Below are positions 8,910 to 17,937 of a DNA stretch of 33,251 nt, piece by piece. Under the pieces are notes generated by a model. The model worked only from the letters and a program-made list of their open reading frames with translations. It was not told where the DNA came from and searched no databases. How positions within the stretch are numbered: the stretch's first letter is position 1; every line of letters begins with the position of its first letter. The position numbers were made by a program, and so were the translations under genes. Source of the DNA: Alphaproteobacteria bacterium UBA5343 (lineage in GTDB: Bacteria; Pseudomonadota; Alphaproteobacteria; RF32; UBA5343); NCBI GenBank assembly GCA_002410125.1, contig DHQH01000064.1:1-33251 (forward strand). The letters run 5' to 3'.

Positions 8910-9407
8910 AAATTCGCTTGAGCGTAAAATATGAGATACGGAGTCTAATATAGCATTCACCATCCTCGGCTCACTCTTATCATAAAACGAATATGCAATA
9001 TCAACATATTCTTTAATGATAACTTTAGCATCGATATCTTGATGCTCTAAAAGCTCCCAAACAGCACAAAAAAGTGCTGCACGAAGAGTATAGTCAACTC
9101 TTTCATAATTCCATTCTTCAGAAAAACTTTTTAGGATAATACCCTCTAATTTTTCTTTATCTTGATAAACGCCTCTAACTATGCTTGCGAAGAAATTTGT
9201 ATCAAAATCTGATAAATCAGTTAGCTCTTCTGTATCTGTATCAAAATCTTCTACCAACGCCACTTTACCAATTTCACCATTGATAAAATCTCTTAATACT
9301 AAATCAATTGCCCTATCACTATTTTCTAGAACATATAGAGCTTGAATTGCCGCAAGTCTTGCACCACTTCTCATTTGTAATTTTTTTGATATGAACTTCT
9401 TAGTCAT
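8907..9407 (-). CDS. nusB: transcription antitermination factor NusB
   Basis: 166 aa. RSGARLAAIQALY N-terminal signature and typical length. Confidence 0.9.
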   Translation of the reverse strand: MTKKFISKKLQMRSGARLAAIQALYVLENSDRAIDLVLRDFINGEIGKVALVEDFDTDTEELTDLSDFDTNFFASIVRGVYQDKEKLEGIILKSFSEEWNYERVDYTLRAALFCAVWELLEHQDIDAKVIIKEYVDIAYSFYDKSEPRMVNAILDSVSHILRSSEF

Positions 9408-9413
9408 TATTTA

Positions 9414-9884
9414 CTAATCTTTCAAATTATTTGGTATAGTTTCAATTGTATCCATAAAATCTTCAAAATCTTTTATCTCTCTAAAGTTTTTATAAACAGA
9501 GGCAAATCTAATATAAGCTATTTTATCAAGATTTTGCAATGCTTCCATCACATATTCACCAATCGTTTGTGTTGGAATTTCTAATTCACCTGATGCCTCT
9601 AATCTTCTTTGAATAGAATTTATAATTTTTTCAACTCTCTCAGGATCGACAGGTCTTTTTCTCACTGCGATTTGAATTGATTTAGCTAATTTATCCCTAT
9701 CAAAGAAAGTTTTAGATCCATTTTTCTTAACAACAGTAAGCTCTCTTAATTGAACTCGTTCAAATGTTGTAAATCTAGATCCACACTCATTACAAAACCT
9801 TCTTCTTCTAATCGCAGAATTATCATCAGTTGGTCTTGAATCTTTTACTTGAGTATCTTCATTTCCACAAAAAGGGCATTTCAT
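9414..9884 (-). CDS. nrdR: transcriptional repressor NrdR
   Basis: MKCPFCG...DSRP...[17 protein letters not shown] zinc ribbon plus ATP-cone. Confidence 0.95.
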   Translation of the reverse strand: MKCPFCGNEDTQVKDSRPTDDNSAIRRRRFCNECGSRFTTFERVQLRELTVVKKNGSKTFFDRDKLAKSIQIAVRKRPVDPERVEKIINSIQRRLEASGELEIPTQTIGEYVMEALQNLDKIAYIRFASVYKNFREIKDFEDFMDTIETIPNNLKD

Positions 9885-9979
9885 TGTTTTAGCCTTTCAA
9901 ATTATAAATTATTCTCAATTGTCGTTCTTTTAATGCTTATCTTCATATTTTGCAAGATATTTCTTTAATTTAAAGCCTC

Positions 9980-11386
9980 TTACTTACTCCCATTATCAAC
10001 CAGATATTTAGCCACTTCAAAAACTCTACTCGAATATCTAGCACCTTTTATAAGTAAAGCATCACCATCTCGTAAGATATTATTATATAACTCTTCACCC
10101 AGTCCATCTTTAGTTTCAAAATAATGCTTTTCGACATTATCTGGAATTTGTTCTAATATAATTTTAGTTTCTTCGCAAACCCCAATCACAATATCAATAT
10201 TAAGTTCTGCAACCAATTTACCAACACTAATATGCTCTTTTTCACTCTTATCACCAAGCTCTGCCATCTTACCTAAAACAGCAACTCTTCGCCCCTTAAC
10301 CTTCTTACCATTAAGACCTTTAAGAGCAAGTCTCATCGCTTCTGGTTGACCTGAATAGCTATCATCAATAAGCATATATTCTTCACCATTATAATTATGC
10401 AGTTTATACTCCTTACCTCTACCATCCAAAGCACCAAAATCTTTTAACAAATCAGCAGATTTTTGAATATCTAAACCAAGAGCATAACAAACAGCTAACA
10501 CACTCAAAGAATTATAAACCTTATGCTCTCCAGTCTCTGTCAACATATATTCATATTCTTGCTTAGCAATACTTATTTTCACAAAAGATTTATCATCTCG
10601 CTCTTCAATAGATATAAGTTTTATCACTGCATTATCAGACTTACCATAAGAGATAATATTATAAGCTCCATTATCTGATGCTAAATCAAACAATAAATCA
10701 GCAAAATCAGTATCCGCATTTATAACTGCAGTTTTATATACTGAACTCTCTTTAAACCCTTCAAATATTTCACCTTTAGCCCTAGCAATACCTTCATATT
10801 CATCAAAAAACTCAATATGCATCGGATGAATATTAGTAATAATCGCAATATCAGGCTTAATAATATTAGTCAGATATCTAATCTCACCCTCAGCACTCAT
10901 ACCCATTTCTAAAACTGAATAATCAACATCCTCTGGCATATCACAAATACTAATCGGCACCCCAATAAAATTATTATGATTACCTTTAGTCGCAAACACC
11001 TTACCATAATTTTGCAAAACAAATTTTATTTCTTCTTTAGTTGTTGTTTTACCAGCACTACCAGTCAACCCAACTATAACTCCTGCAAATTTATTTCTCA
11101 TATATCCAGCAATTTTTCCAAATGCTTCAATAGTATCTTCTACAACTACTTGCCTATCTTGTGGAGCACTTTTTATCAGTTTAGATACTAATACAAGCCC
11201 CACCCCTTTTTCTAAAACATCTAACACAAAATTATGCCCGTCGAAGTTTTCACCTTTTATCGCAATAAAAAGATCTCCAGCCTTAATATCCCTACTATCT
11301 CTTGAAGCATTGGTAATAACACAATCAATTACTTCTGATGAGCTACCAACAACCTCAACCAACTCTTTTGATGTTAAATTCAACAT
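9980..11386 (-). CDS. murF: UDP-N-acetylmuramoyl-tripeptide--D-alanyl-D-alanine ligase
   Basis: 468 aa. Mur ligase P-loop GLTGSAGKTTTKE and DSYSGQPEAM near the C-terminal domain. Confidence 0.9.
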   Translation of the reverse strand: MLNLTSKELVEVVGSSSEVIDCVITNASRDSRDIKAGDLFIAIKGENFDGHNFVLDVLEKGVGLVLVSKLIKSAPQDRQVVVEDTIEAFGKIAGYMRNKFAGVIVGLTGSAGKTTTKEEIKFVLQNYGKVFATKGNHNNFIGVPISICDMPEDVDYSVLEMGMSAEGEIRYLTNIIKPDIAIITNIHPMHIEFFDEYEGIARAKGEIFEGFKESSVYKTAVINADTDFADLLFDLASDNGAYNIISYGKSDNAVIKLISIEERDDKSFVKISIAKQEYEYMLTETGEHKVYNSLSVLAVCYALGLDIQKSADLLKDFGALDGRGKEYKLHNYNGEEYMLIDDSYSGQPEAMRLALKGLNGKKVKGRRVAVLGKMAELGDKSEKEHISVGKLVAELNIDIVIGVCEETKIILEQIPDNVEKHYFETKDGLGEELYNNILRDGDALLIKGARYSSRVFEVAKYLVDNGSK

Positions 11387-11413
11387 TAACCTACCTTACA
11401 ATTACAATATTAC

Positions 11414-12682
11414 TTACTTATAAATTGGAAACTGTTTGCAAAGATTAACAACCTTACCTGCAACTTCTTTCTCTATCATATCATTTCCATCTGCACCATT
11501 TGCAGCTAATCCATCAACCACATCACCAATCAGATTACCAATCAACTCAAATTCTTGCACTCCAAATCCACGACTAGTTCCAGCAGGAGATCCAATTCTA
11601 ATCCCTGAGGTAACAGTTGGTTTTTCTGGATCATAAGGAACCGCATTTTTATTACAAGCTATATGAGCTCTCTCTAAAGCCGCATCAACAACCTTACCTG
11701 TTAATCCTTTAGGTCTCAAATCAACTAACACCACATGAGTATCTGTACCATCAGATACAATATCCATTCCTCTTTTCTTTAATGTATCAGCTAAAATATT
11801 AGCATTATCTACTACATTCTTAGCATATTGCTTAAACTCTGGAGCTAAAGCCTCACCAAAACAAACCGCTTTTGCCGCAATCACATGCATTAAAGGCCCA
11901 CCTTGTGAGCCTGGAAAAATAGCAGAATTTACTTTTTTAGCAATTGTCTCATCATTAGTAAGTATCATCCCACCTCTTGGACCTCTAAGGGTCTTATGAG
12001 TAGTGGTTGTAACAACATCTGCATATTTTAAAGGGTTTTCATGTACCCCACCTGCAACAAGACCTGCAAAATGAGCCATATCCACCATCAAATATGCCCC
12101 AACCTTATCCGCAATTGCTCTAAACTTAGCAAAGTCAATCGCTCTTGGATAAGCCGAACCACCAGCGATAATAAGCTTTGGATTATGCTCTAATGCTAAT
12201 CTTTCAACTTCTTCAAAATCTATTCTCGCATCTTCTTTTTTTACACCATATTGAACAGCATTTAACCATTTACCAGAAATAGAAGGTCTAGCACCATGGG
12301 TTAAATGACCACCAGCATCAAGCGACATACCTAAAATAGTATCATGAGGTTTAAGTAGAGCCAAATACACCCCACTATTAGCTTGAGATCCTGAATGAGG
12401 CTGAACATTTGCAAATTTAGCATTAAATAATTTCTTAGCTCTCTCAATTGCAAGGCTTTCTGCTTTGTCAACTACTTCACAACCACCATAATATCTACGA
12501 CCAGGATAACCCTCTGCATATTTATTTGTAAGCACTGACCCTTGAGCATCTAAAACTGCTTTTGATACAATGTTTTCCGAAGCAATCAACTCTATTTGAT
12601 TTTGTTGTCTTTCTAATTCTTCATTCACAATATCAAAAATATCAACATCTACTTCTTTTAAATCTTTTTCAAACCTGTTCAT
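11414..12682 (-). CDS. glyA: serine hydroxymethyltransferase
   Basis: 422 aa. PLP-lysine motif [14 protein letters not shown]. Confidence 0.97.
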   Translation of the reverse strand: MNRFEKDLKEVDVDIFDIVNEELERQQNQIELIASENIVSKAVLDAQGSVLTNKYAEGYPGRRYYGGCEVVDKAESLAIERAKKLFNAKFANVQPHSGSQANSGVYLALLKPHDTILGMSLDAGGHLTHGARPSISGKWLNAVQYGVKKEDARIDFEEVERLALEHNPKLIIAGGSAYPRAIDFAKFRAIADKVGAYLMVDMAHFAGLVAGGVHENPLKYADVVTTTTHKTLRGPRGGMILTNDETIAKKVNSAIFPGSQGGPLMHVIAAKAVCFGEALAPEFKQYAKNVVDNANILADTLKKRGMDIVSDGTDTHVVLVDLRPKGLTGKVVDAALERAHIACNKNAVPYDPEKPTVTSGIRIGSPAGTSRGFGVQEFELIGNLIGDVVDGLAANGADGNDMIEKEVAGKVVNLCKQFPIYK

Positions 12683-12739
12683 TATTCACTATTCCTTCTT
12701 TTATCAATCATTTAAATTCACTCTTCAAAATACATAAAA

Positions 12740-12766
12740 GCAAAAGACGAGGATCCAGTTCTATTG
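12740..12766. repeat. degenerate fragment of the palindromic element family
   Basis: gcaaaagacgagga matches the right-arm core of copy F. It is directly followed by ccagttctattg, which matches the stop-proximal arm of copy D. Confidence 0.45.
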
Positions 12767-12787
12767 CTTTAGCAATTCCATATTCTC

Positions 12788-13216
12788 TTAATATTTGTTT
12801 AGACGGTTTTGGTGACGACCACCCTCAAACTCACTATTTAGAAATACTTTAACACATTCCTTAGCTTTATCTAATTCAATAACTCTTCCGCCAAAAATAA
12901 TTACATTAGCATTATTATGTTCTTTAGCCATTTGTGCTTCAAACTCATTATGAAGCAATGCCCCTCTTACATGACTATGTCGATTAACCGCCATTGACAT
13001 CCCAATACCAGTTCCACATACTAAAATTCCGATACTATCAATATTATTAGCTAAAAAATCAGCCATTTTCTTTGCATAATCAGGATAATCAACAGATTCG
13101 GGAGTATAAGGTCCTAAATCATCAGTTTGATATCCTAACTCTTCTACATAATTTTTTAATGAGTTTTTTAACTCATAGCCACCATGATCTGATGCCAATA
13201 TAATTGTTTTTTCCAT
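12788..13216 (-). CDS. rpiB: ribose-5-phosphate isomerase B
   Basis: ILASDHGG and CGTGIGMSMAVNR motifs. ATG at 13216 is preceded by AGGTGA. The track start is GTG at 13225, inside that RBS. Confidence 0.92.
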   Translation of the reverse strand: MEKTIILASDHGGYELKNSLKNYVEELGYQTDDLGPYTPESVDYPDYAKKMADFLANNIDSIGILVCGTGIGMSMAVNRHSHVRGALLHNEFEAQMAKEHNNANVIIFGGRVIELDKAKECVKVFLNSEFEGGRHQNRLNKY

Positions 13217-13320
13217 AAAAATCACCTAGTTAGATTTACACATCTCTTTTAATGTATAGCTAGAATACAGCCAATCATAAAAAAAATGAACATTTTTTTA
13301 TCTTTTTTACAAAAAAATTA

Positions 13321-13349
13321 TTGACCTTCTAAAATATTTTGATTATATA
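13321..13349 (+). promoter_or_regulatory. candidate sigma70 promoter for the tRNA-Cys/tRNA-Asn pair
   Basis: TTGACC (13321-13326), a 17-bp spacer, then TATATA (13344-13349), about 38 nt upstream of tRNA-Cys. Confidence 0.4.
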
Positions 13350-13387
13350 TTCTTCAACGACGAAAGTTGTGGACGACTTTGTATCGT

Positions 13388-13461
13388 GGCCGGATGGCAG
13401 ATTGGTTATGCAGAGGACTGCAAATCCTTGTAGCTCGGTTCGATTCCGGGTCCGGCCTCCA
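13388..13461 (+). tRNA. tRNA-Cys (GCA)
   Basis: Hand-folded cloverleaf. Acceptor GGCCGGA/TCCGGCC, anticodon loop CUGCAAA, T-loop TTCGATT, discriminator U and encoded CCA. Confidence 0.92.
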
Positions 13462-13486
13462 AAAATTACAACAGATTAAAATCTGT

Positions 13487-13562
13487 TCCGGCATAGCTCA
13501 GTTGGTAGAGCAAGCGGCTGTTAACCGCTTTGTCGCAAGTTCGAGTCTTGCTGCCGGAGCCA
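13487..13562 (+). tRNA. tRNA-Asn (GUU)
   Basis: Acceptor TCCGGCA/TGCCGGA, D-stem GCTC/GAGC, anticodon stem AGCGG/CCGCT with loop CUGUUAA, T-stem GCAAG/CTTGC and encoded CCA. Confidence 0.93.
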
Positions 13563-13862
13563 ATTTGAACCCTTTGATAGATTTACGAATTTATCAAAGG
13601 GTTTTCTTATTGAAAACTCTAGATTTTTTCCATCTATTACTAAGTTCGAGAAAACAAAATTAATAATTTTCCTTTTTACATCAATTTCCGAACTTTTAAA
13701 TAACTCAAAAGCCCTAGAAGATATATCCAGTAAGTAGTTAACCGTTATTGAGAACTCATCATTAGCCTTACCTACTTTATCCAATCTTACTTTTATATTG
13801 TATTGTTCTGTTTTTAATTCATTTGCTTTTTTGTTATATACATCTGTTGTAATACTCATCAA
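13521..13862 (-). pseudogene. C-terminal remnant of a large serine recombinase reading antisense into tRNA-Asn
   Basis: The 113-aa ORF resembles only the extreme C-terminal region of large serine recombinases (...SSRAFELFKSSEIDVKRKIINFVFSNLVIDGKNLEFSIRKPF...). No catalytic N-terminal domain is present, and only 91 bp separate it from the next gene. The tail ...WLRQQDSNLRQSG is the antisense translation of the tRNA. Confidence 0.6.
13570..13608 (+). terminator. rho-independent terminator after tRNA-Asn
   Basis: ccctttgata (13570-13579) / tatcaaaggg (13592-13601) form a 10-bp stem, followed by ttttctt. Confidence 0.75.
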
Positions 13863-13892
13863 TAGTTAAATATTAACCACATCTAAATATTA

Positions 13893-13921
13893 TTTACTTA
13901 CAGTTGCATATAAGGTATAAT
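13893..13921 (+). promoter_or_regulatory. candidate sigma70 promoter for the 72-aa ORF
   Basis: TTTACT (13893-13898), a 17-bp spacer, then a perfect TATAAT (13916-13921). GGAG lies at 13940-13943, 10 nt before the ATG at 13954. Confidence 0.45.
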
Positions 13922-13953
13922 GTTTCTTAAGGTAAACACGGAGTAATCAAACA

Positions 13954-14172
13954 ATGACTAATGACAAACCAAAAACTAAGGAAGAAAAAGTGAGTTGGAT
14001 AAACCATATCAAAAACAGATTAAAAAAACTTTGTTCTAAAGAAGATGAAAAACAAGAAGAATTTGTTTCTATGGGCGAAATGAAACTTCCTACTAATGAA
14101 GAATATAAGAAATATTTAGATACATTATCTAAAGAAGAATTAGAAAAAGTAAGAGATAGACACTATAGATAG
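13954..14172 (+). CDS. small Lys/Glu-rich hypothetical protein
   Basis: 72-aa ORF with promoter-like and RBS-like signals upstream. No family recognised. Confidence 0.4.
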   Translation: MTNDKPKTKEEKVSWINHIKNRLKKLCSKEDEKQEEFVSMGEMKLPTNEEYKKYLDTLSKEELEKVRDRHYR

Positions 14173-14282
14173 AGTTTTTTATAACCTCAGAAGCAAAATG
14201 GTATGTTCCCCAACCAACAGGATATTTCTATCAAACCATATTTGATAGAAATAATTTATATGTTTCTGATGATAATATATCT

Positions 14283-15947
14283 GTGTTAAAAGAAATATTC
14301 AATAAACCTAATAATCGTTATAATACTTTTGAAGTTTTACCTTTTAATACTAACAGAGAGATTTTACACAATACTATTTCCTGTTTTTCAACTTATGTAA
14401 AGTATGAAGATGAATCTGAACTAATTGATAATATATCCAACAATACCTATTCTATACAAAATACAATAAATAAAAAAAACATAAGCAAAATTCACAATAA
14501 AATTAATAAAAATATAAATAAAAAGTATAAATTGTATAGATTAAATAGATTATCTAATAACACAGATGAATATAAAGATTTCAAGAAATTTGAAAAATTA
14601 TTACAAGAAAGTAACATCGAAAATATTGATGATAATCTATTATTACTTGTTTCTAGCAAATATAAAAAAATTGAGACTAATAACTTTATTAGAAAACAAA
14701 TTATTAGATATATAAATAAAAATACAAATCTATCAAAAATAAATTCTGATAGAAACAAACACAAAAACATAGCTTTAGTTACTGGAGCACCAGCATCTGG
14801 AAAATCTAGTGTTGTCGATATGTATAAAAGTTTATCTTTTAATAATATGAATTTTAATCAGGTTATTAAGATAAATCCTGACTACTACAAAGAGCTATTG
14901 CTAGATACTAAAGGTTTTAATGAAAGTGATATAATAAACTTTGGTTCATATACACACGAGGAATCTGCTATCATTAACGATATGGTTATAAGTGAATGGA
15001 TAAAAAAAGAAAATAAAAACAAACATTCCCATTTAATGATAGACACAAGCAATGCATCCCCTTGGTATATAGATATTATACAAAACACGAACAAACACGG
15101 GAAACTTGATATATTATCTGTTACTGTTAACACCCAAAATGCTTTAGAAAGGTCATACACAAGAGGAAAAGAAAAGAGTAGATTCGTTCCCACTAAATTA
15201 TTGCTTGCGAGACATAAAGAGCAACTAGGTATATTTATAAATAATACTATACATTATAACGAGTTACCTATCAGAATTTTTTCTAATGATGTTGATTTTG
15301 GAGAAGTTATTAAAGATACTCTAAAAAAGAGAGCTAATGCAGACACAATAGAAATCTACGATATGAAATCAGCTGTAGAGTTTTGGAATAAACAGTATAT
15401 TAATATAGATGCTGTAAATGTTGAAGAAATACAAACAAAAGAAGATGAATATAATGAGGCATTAATAGGTTTTGCCAAAAGAACAGGTAAAGAAGTTAAG
15501 TTATTTGATGTTGAGGGTAAGCAAGTTATAGCTAATGTTACAGAAAATGGTTTTGAAATATTAAATAGATTTGAATTCAATAAGGTAATTGATAAAGCAG
15601 GATATCAAGAAGAAAAGAAAATACCTGAGTTAGGTAGCTTAATTAATAAACATAAAGGAACTTTCAGTAATAAAGAACCTGAAGCAATTAAGAAACCTAT
15701 AAAAGATGAAGAATTAGAAGAAATAAATAATAATTTAGGTTCTACATTTGAAAGAAATAAAGGAATAGCAAAAATACTTAATAGTCTCATTAGGTCTAAA
15801 GATAAGTTATTAGGTAAAGAAAAGAATAACCGTGAAGAGAACAATCAAAAAGATAGTAACTTAACTAATGATATTAACGAAAAGAATAATAAAATATCTG
15901 ATATTATTAATAGCCTTAAAATTGCTAAAGAAAAAAATAATAATTAA
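14283..15947 (+). CDS. zeta-toxin/AAA-like P-loop kinase-domain protein with Asn/Lys-rich extensions
   Basis: Walker A ALVTGAPASGKSS and a Walker-B-like HLMIDTS. The first in-frame Met lies after the P-loop, so the start must be GTG 14283 or a non-canonical codon upstream. The frame is open back to 14169. Confidence 0.55.
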   Translation: MLKEIFNKPNNRYNTFEVLPFNTNREILHNTISCFSTYVKYEDESELIDNISNNTYSIQNTINKKNISKIHNKINKNINKKYKLYRLNRLSNNTDEYKDFKKFEKLLQESNIENIDDNLLLLVSSKYKKIETNNFIRKQIIRYINKNTNLSKINSDRNKHKNIALVTGAPASGKSSVVDMYKSLSFNNMNFNQVIKINPDYYKELLLDTKGFNESDIINFGSYTHEESAIINDMVISEWIKKENKNKHSHLMIDTSNASPWYIDIIQNTNKHGKLDILSVTVNTQNALERSYTRGKEKSRFVPTKLLLARHKEQLGIFINNTIHYNELPIRIFSNDVDFGEVIKDTLKKRANADTIEIYDMKSAVEFWNKQYINIDAVNVEEIQTKEDEYNEALIGFAKRTGKEVKLFDVEGKQVIANVTENGFEILNRFEFNKVIDKAGYQEEKKIPELGSLINKHKGTFSNKEPEAIKKPIKDEELEEINNNLGSTFERNKGIAKILNSLIRSKDKLLGKEKNNREENNQKDSNLTNDINEKNNKISDIINSLKIAKEKNNN

Positions 15948-16064
15948 AAACTAAACAATTCTGTTTGTAACTCCTTCAATTTGAGGAATTAATGGATAGA
16001 AAAACATAATATCATCATAAGATTTTGTTCGGAGTTCCTCCAATAAGGGGAGCCAATTAAAATG

Positions 16065-16092
16065 AAAAACCACTCCTTTAGGGGTGGTTTTT
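16065..16092. terminator. bidirectional rho-independent terminator
   Basis: aaaaa-ccactcc-ttta-ggggtgg-ttttt has A- and T-runs on both sides. It overlaps the last codons of the minus-strand 384-aa gene. Confidence 0.65.
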
Positions 16093-17232
16093 TATTTTAG
16101 ATAGTTTTTTATAATAAAACCTTGAACTTAGAAATTTTATCTCCCCCCCATTATCACTTCTATCATATACAGTCATGATTCTAGCTTTTTCCCATGTATT
16201 TAATATATGTTTATCTTCTTCGCCAAAATGATTTTCACTTTTCTCAATTTTCCAATCATCTCTTATTTTATCTTCTAACTCATACTGAACACCAAAAGCA
16301 TGTCGCTCAAAAGGAAGCATCGTATAAAAATCCTTATAGTCAACATCATCCTTCGATATTTCCTCATCTTCATAGACTTTAACAGCCCCAATATTTGCCG
16401 TCATCACCCTATTTATATCCTCATCTTCAAACTTATTAGAAGTCTGATAAAGATGTATAGCCTCATGAAAAGGAACAGAAATTGGGAAGAAATTATCACT
16501 CTTCATCAACCGCTCTTCGTTAAAGTTAAAACTACCATTATAAAAAGCCCCAGGAACATGAACATCTACACTCCAGCCTTTCTCTTCCCTTCTCTTCAAA
16601 TAACTTTCACTATTATAGAAATTAACATCCTTACTCTCAACTCCATAAACCTCATAAAAAATTTCCAATGTCTCTCTAATCAAATTTTTTCTATCTTCCA
16701 AAGAACAATTGTCATAATCTGCAATCATATTCTTAGTATTCTCATTATGCTTAATCTTACTCCAAAATTGATCAACTAATTTACTTTCCTTATCCATAAA
16801 CTCCCTAGAGAACTTCATATTAAATAAACAAGCCTTCAAATTATCTTTTTGTTCAACTATCAAATCCTTAATATTACTAAAATCCTCACGAAGTAAAGAA
16901 TCTGGAAATAAAGCTTCAAGATAATCAACTTTCTCCTTAAAAGATAACCCCACCACCTCATTAGAACTCATTGATTTAAACTTGCTGACTTTCTTTACTC
17001 TTAATTTTTCCTTTAGCTCTGTATTCTTTTTATATTTAGTAAAATATTGCTTATGCTTTTCTGTAAATTCAGACTTAGAAATCTCATTAAATTTTTTTAT
17101 AATACTATTAACAATTTGTCTCTTTTTATTAGGATGTTTTTTATATTTAAAATAAATTGTATCATCTTTTGGATTTAGAATAAAACAACAATAATCCATA
17201 AGAAATTCATAATCTTTATAAGTCATTTCCAT
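16078..17232 (-). CDS. HExxH-motif protein (putative zinc metallopeptidase-like)
   Basis: 384 aa. PFHEAIHLYQ (HExxH), with LPFERHAF about 50 aa downstream as a possible third-ligand region. AGAGG lies 9 nt upstream of the ATG. Confidence 0.5.
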   Translation of the reverse strand: MEMTYKDYEFLMDYCCFILNPKDDTIYFKYKKHPNKKRQIVNSIIKKFNEISKSEFTEKHKQYFTKYKKNTELKEKLRVKKVSKFKSMSSNEVVGLSFKEKVDYLEALFPDSLLREDFSNIKDLIVEQKDNLKACLFNMKFSREFMDKESKLVDQFWSKIKHNENTKNMIADYDNCSLEDRKNLIRETLEIFYEVYGVESKDVNFYNSESYLKRREEKGWSVDVHVPGAFYNGSFNFNEERLMKSDNFFPISVPFHEAIHLYQTSNKFEDEDINRVMTANIGAVKVYEDEEISKDDVDYKDFYTMLPFERHAFGVQYELEDKIRDDWKIEKSENHFGEEDKHILNTWEKARIMTVYDRSDNGGEIKFLSSRFYYKKLSKIKNHP

Positions 17233-17382
17233 ATTAAAAAACCTCTAATTAAAAACATATTACAACAATATCATATTATTCATCAAAAATCCACCCCACA
17301 AAAAAAAGAACCATCCTCCCCCATTAGAAAATAAATTTACATTTAATATTTGATAATCTATTATAAAATAAATAACATATAA

Positions 17383-17886
17383 ATGGATAATCATATGCTT
17401 CTATTAACAGGTAAACCTCATATTGGAAAATCAACCGCAATTAAAAAAATTATTAATTGTCTTGGACACGAAAATTGCGGAGGATTTTGGACTGAAGAAA
17501 TTATAAAAGAAAATGAAGAATTAAGAACAGGTTTTATGATACATACCTTTGATGGTAACTCAGGCATACTAGCAGATGTAAATTATACATCAGATTTAAG
17601 AATTAGCCGTTATGGGGTCAATATTGAAGAATTTGAGAAATTATGCCTTCCTGCTTTAGAGACAGCAATTAGAGACAAAGAATATGTAATCATCGATGAA
17701 ATCGGACCTATGCAGGTTTTTTCTAAAAAATATCAAAATATATTATACAAACTATTAAATTCAAATAAGAAAATAATCGGCACTATATTCCATGACTCTC
17801 ACCCTTGGTTAGATGAATTTAAAAAACAAAAATCAATCAAACTATATGAACTAACCAAAGAAAACAGAGATACATTATGGCTTTAA
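17383..17886 (+). CDS. THEP1-like nucleoside-triphosphatase (P-loop)
   Basis: Walker A LLTGKPHIGKST, Walker B VIIDEIGPMQ, GF.T.E and RTGF spacing, and a size of about 165 aa. The start may be ATG 17395. Confidence 0.65.
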   Translation: MDNHMLLLTGKPHIGKSTAIKKIINCLGHENCGGFWTEEIIKENEELRTGFMIHTFDGNSGILADVNYTSDLRISRYGVNIEEFEKLCLPALETAIRDKEYVIIDEIGPMQVFSKKYQNILYKLLNSNKKIIGTIFHDSHPWLDEFKKQKSIKLYELTKENRDTLWL

Positions 17887-17937
17887 CTTGTTCAACAAGT
17901 AAACTCTACCCAAACATCATAAAAAACTCACAAAAAA

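Noticed and set aside
9885-9979. Possible additional degenerate copy of the palindromic element downstream of murF (catattttgcaag)
   Set aside because: Only a 9-nt match (ATATTTTGC) to the B/D core is present, with no recognisable arms. This is too weak in AT-rich DNA.
10976-12852. Plus-strand ORFs 10976-11191, 11436-11636 and 12562-12852
   Set aside because: They are antisense to murF, glyA and rpiB, with low-complexity translations.
12683-13387. Riboswitch or leader RNA upstream of glyA, or in the rpiB upstream region
   Set aside because: I could not recognise any known riboswitch consensus by eye. Only AT-rich hairpins and the element fragment are present.
13367-13663. 98-aa plus-strand ORF spanning both tRNAs
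   Set aside because: It is entirely explained by the tRNA-Cys and tRNA-Asn genes and their terminator.
14492-16779. ORFs 14492-14770, 14885-15193, 15356-15580 and 15605-15844 (-), and 16194-16382 and 16300-16779 (+)
   Set aside because: They are antisense shadows in extremely AT-rich coding DNA. Their Phe/Leu/Ile-rich translations are typical of reverse frames of Lys/Asn-rich genes.
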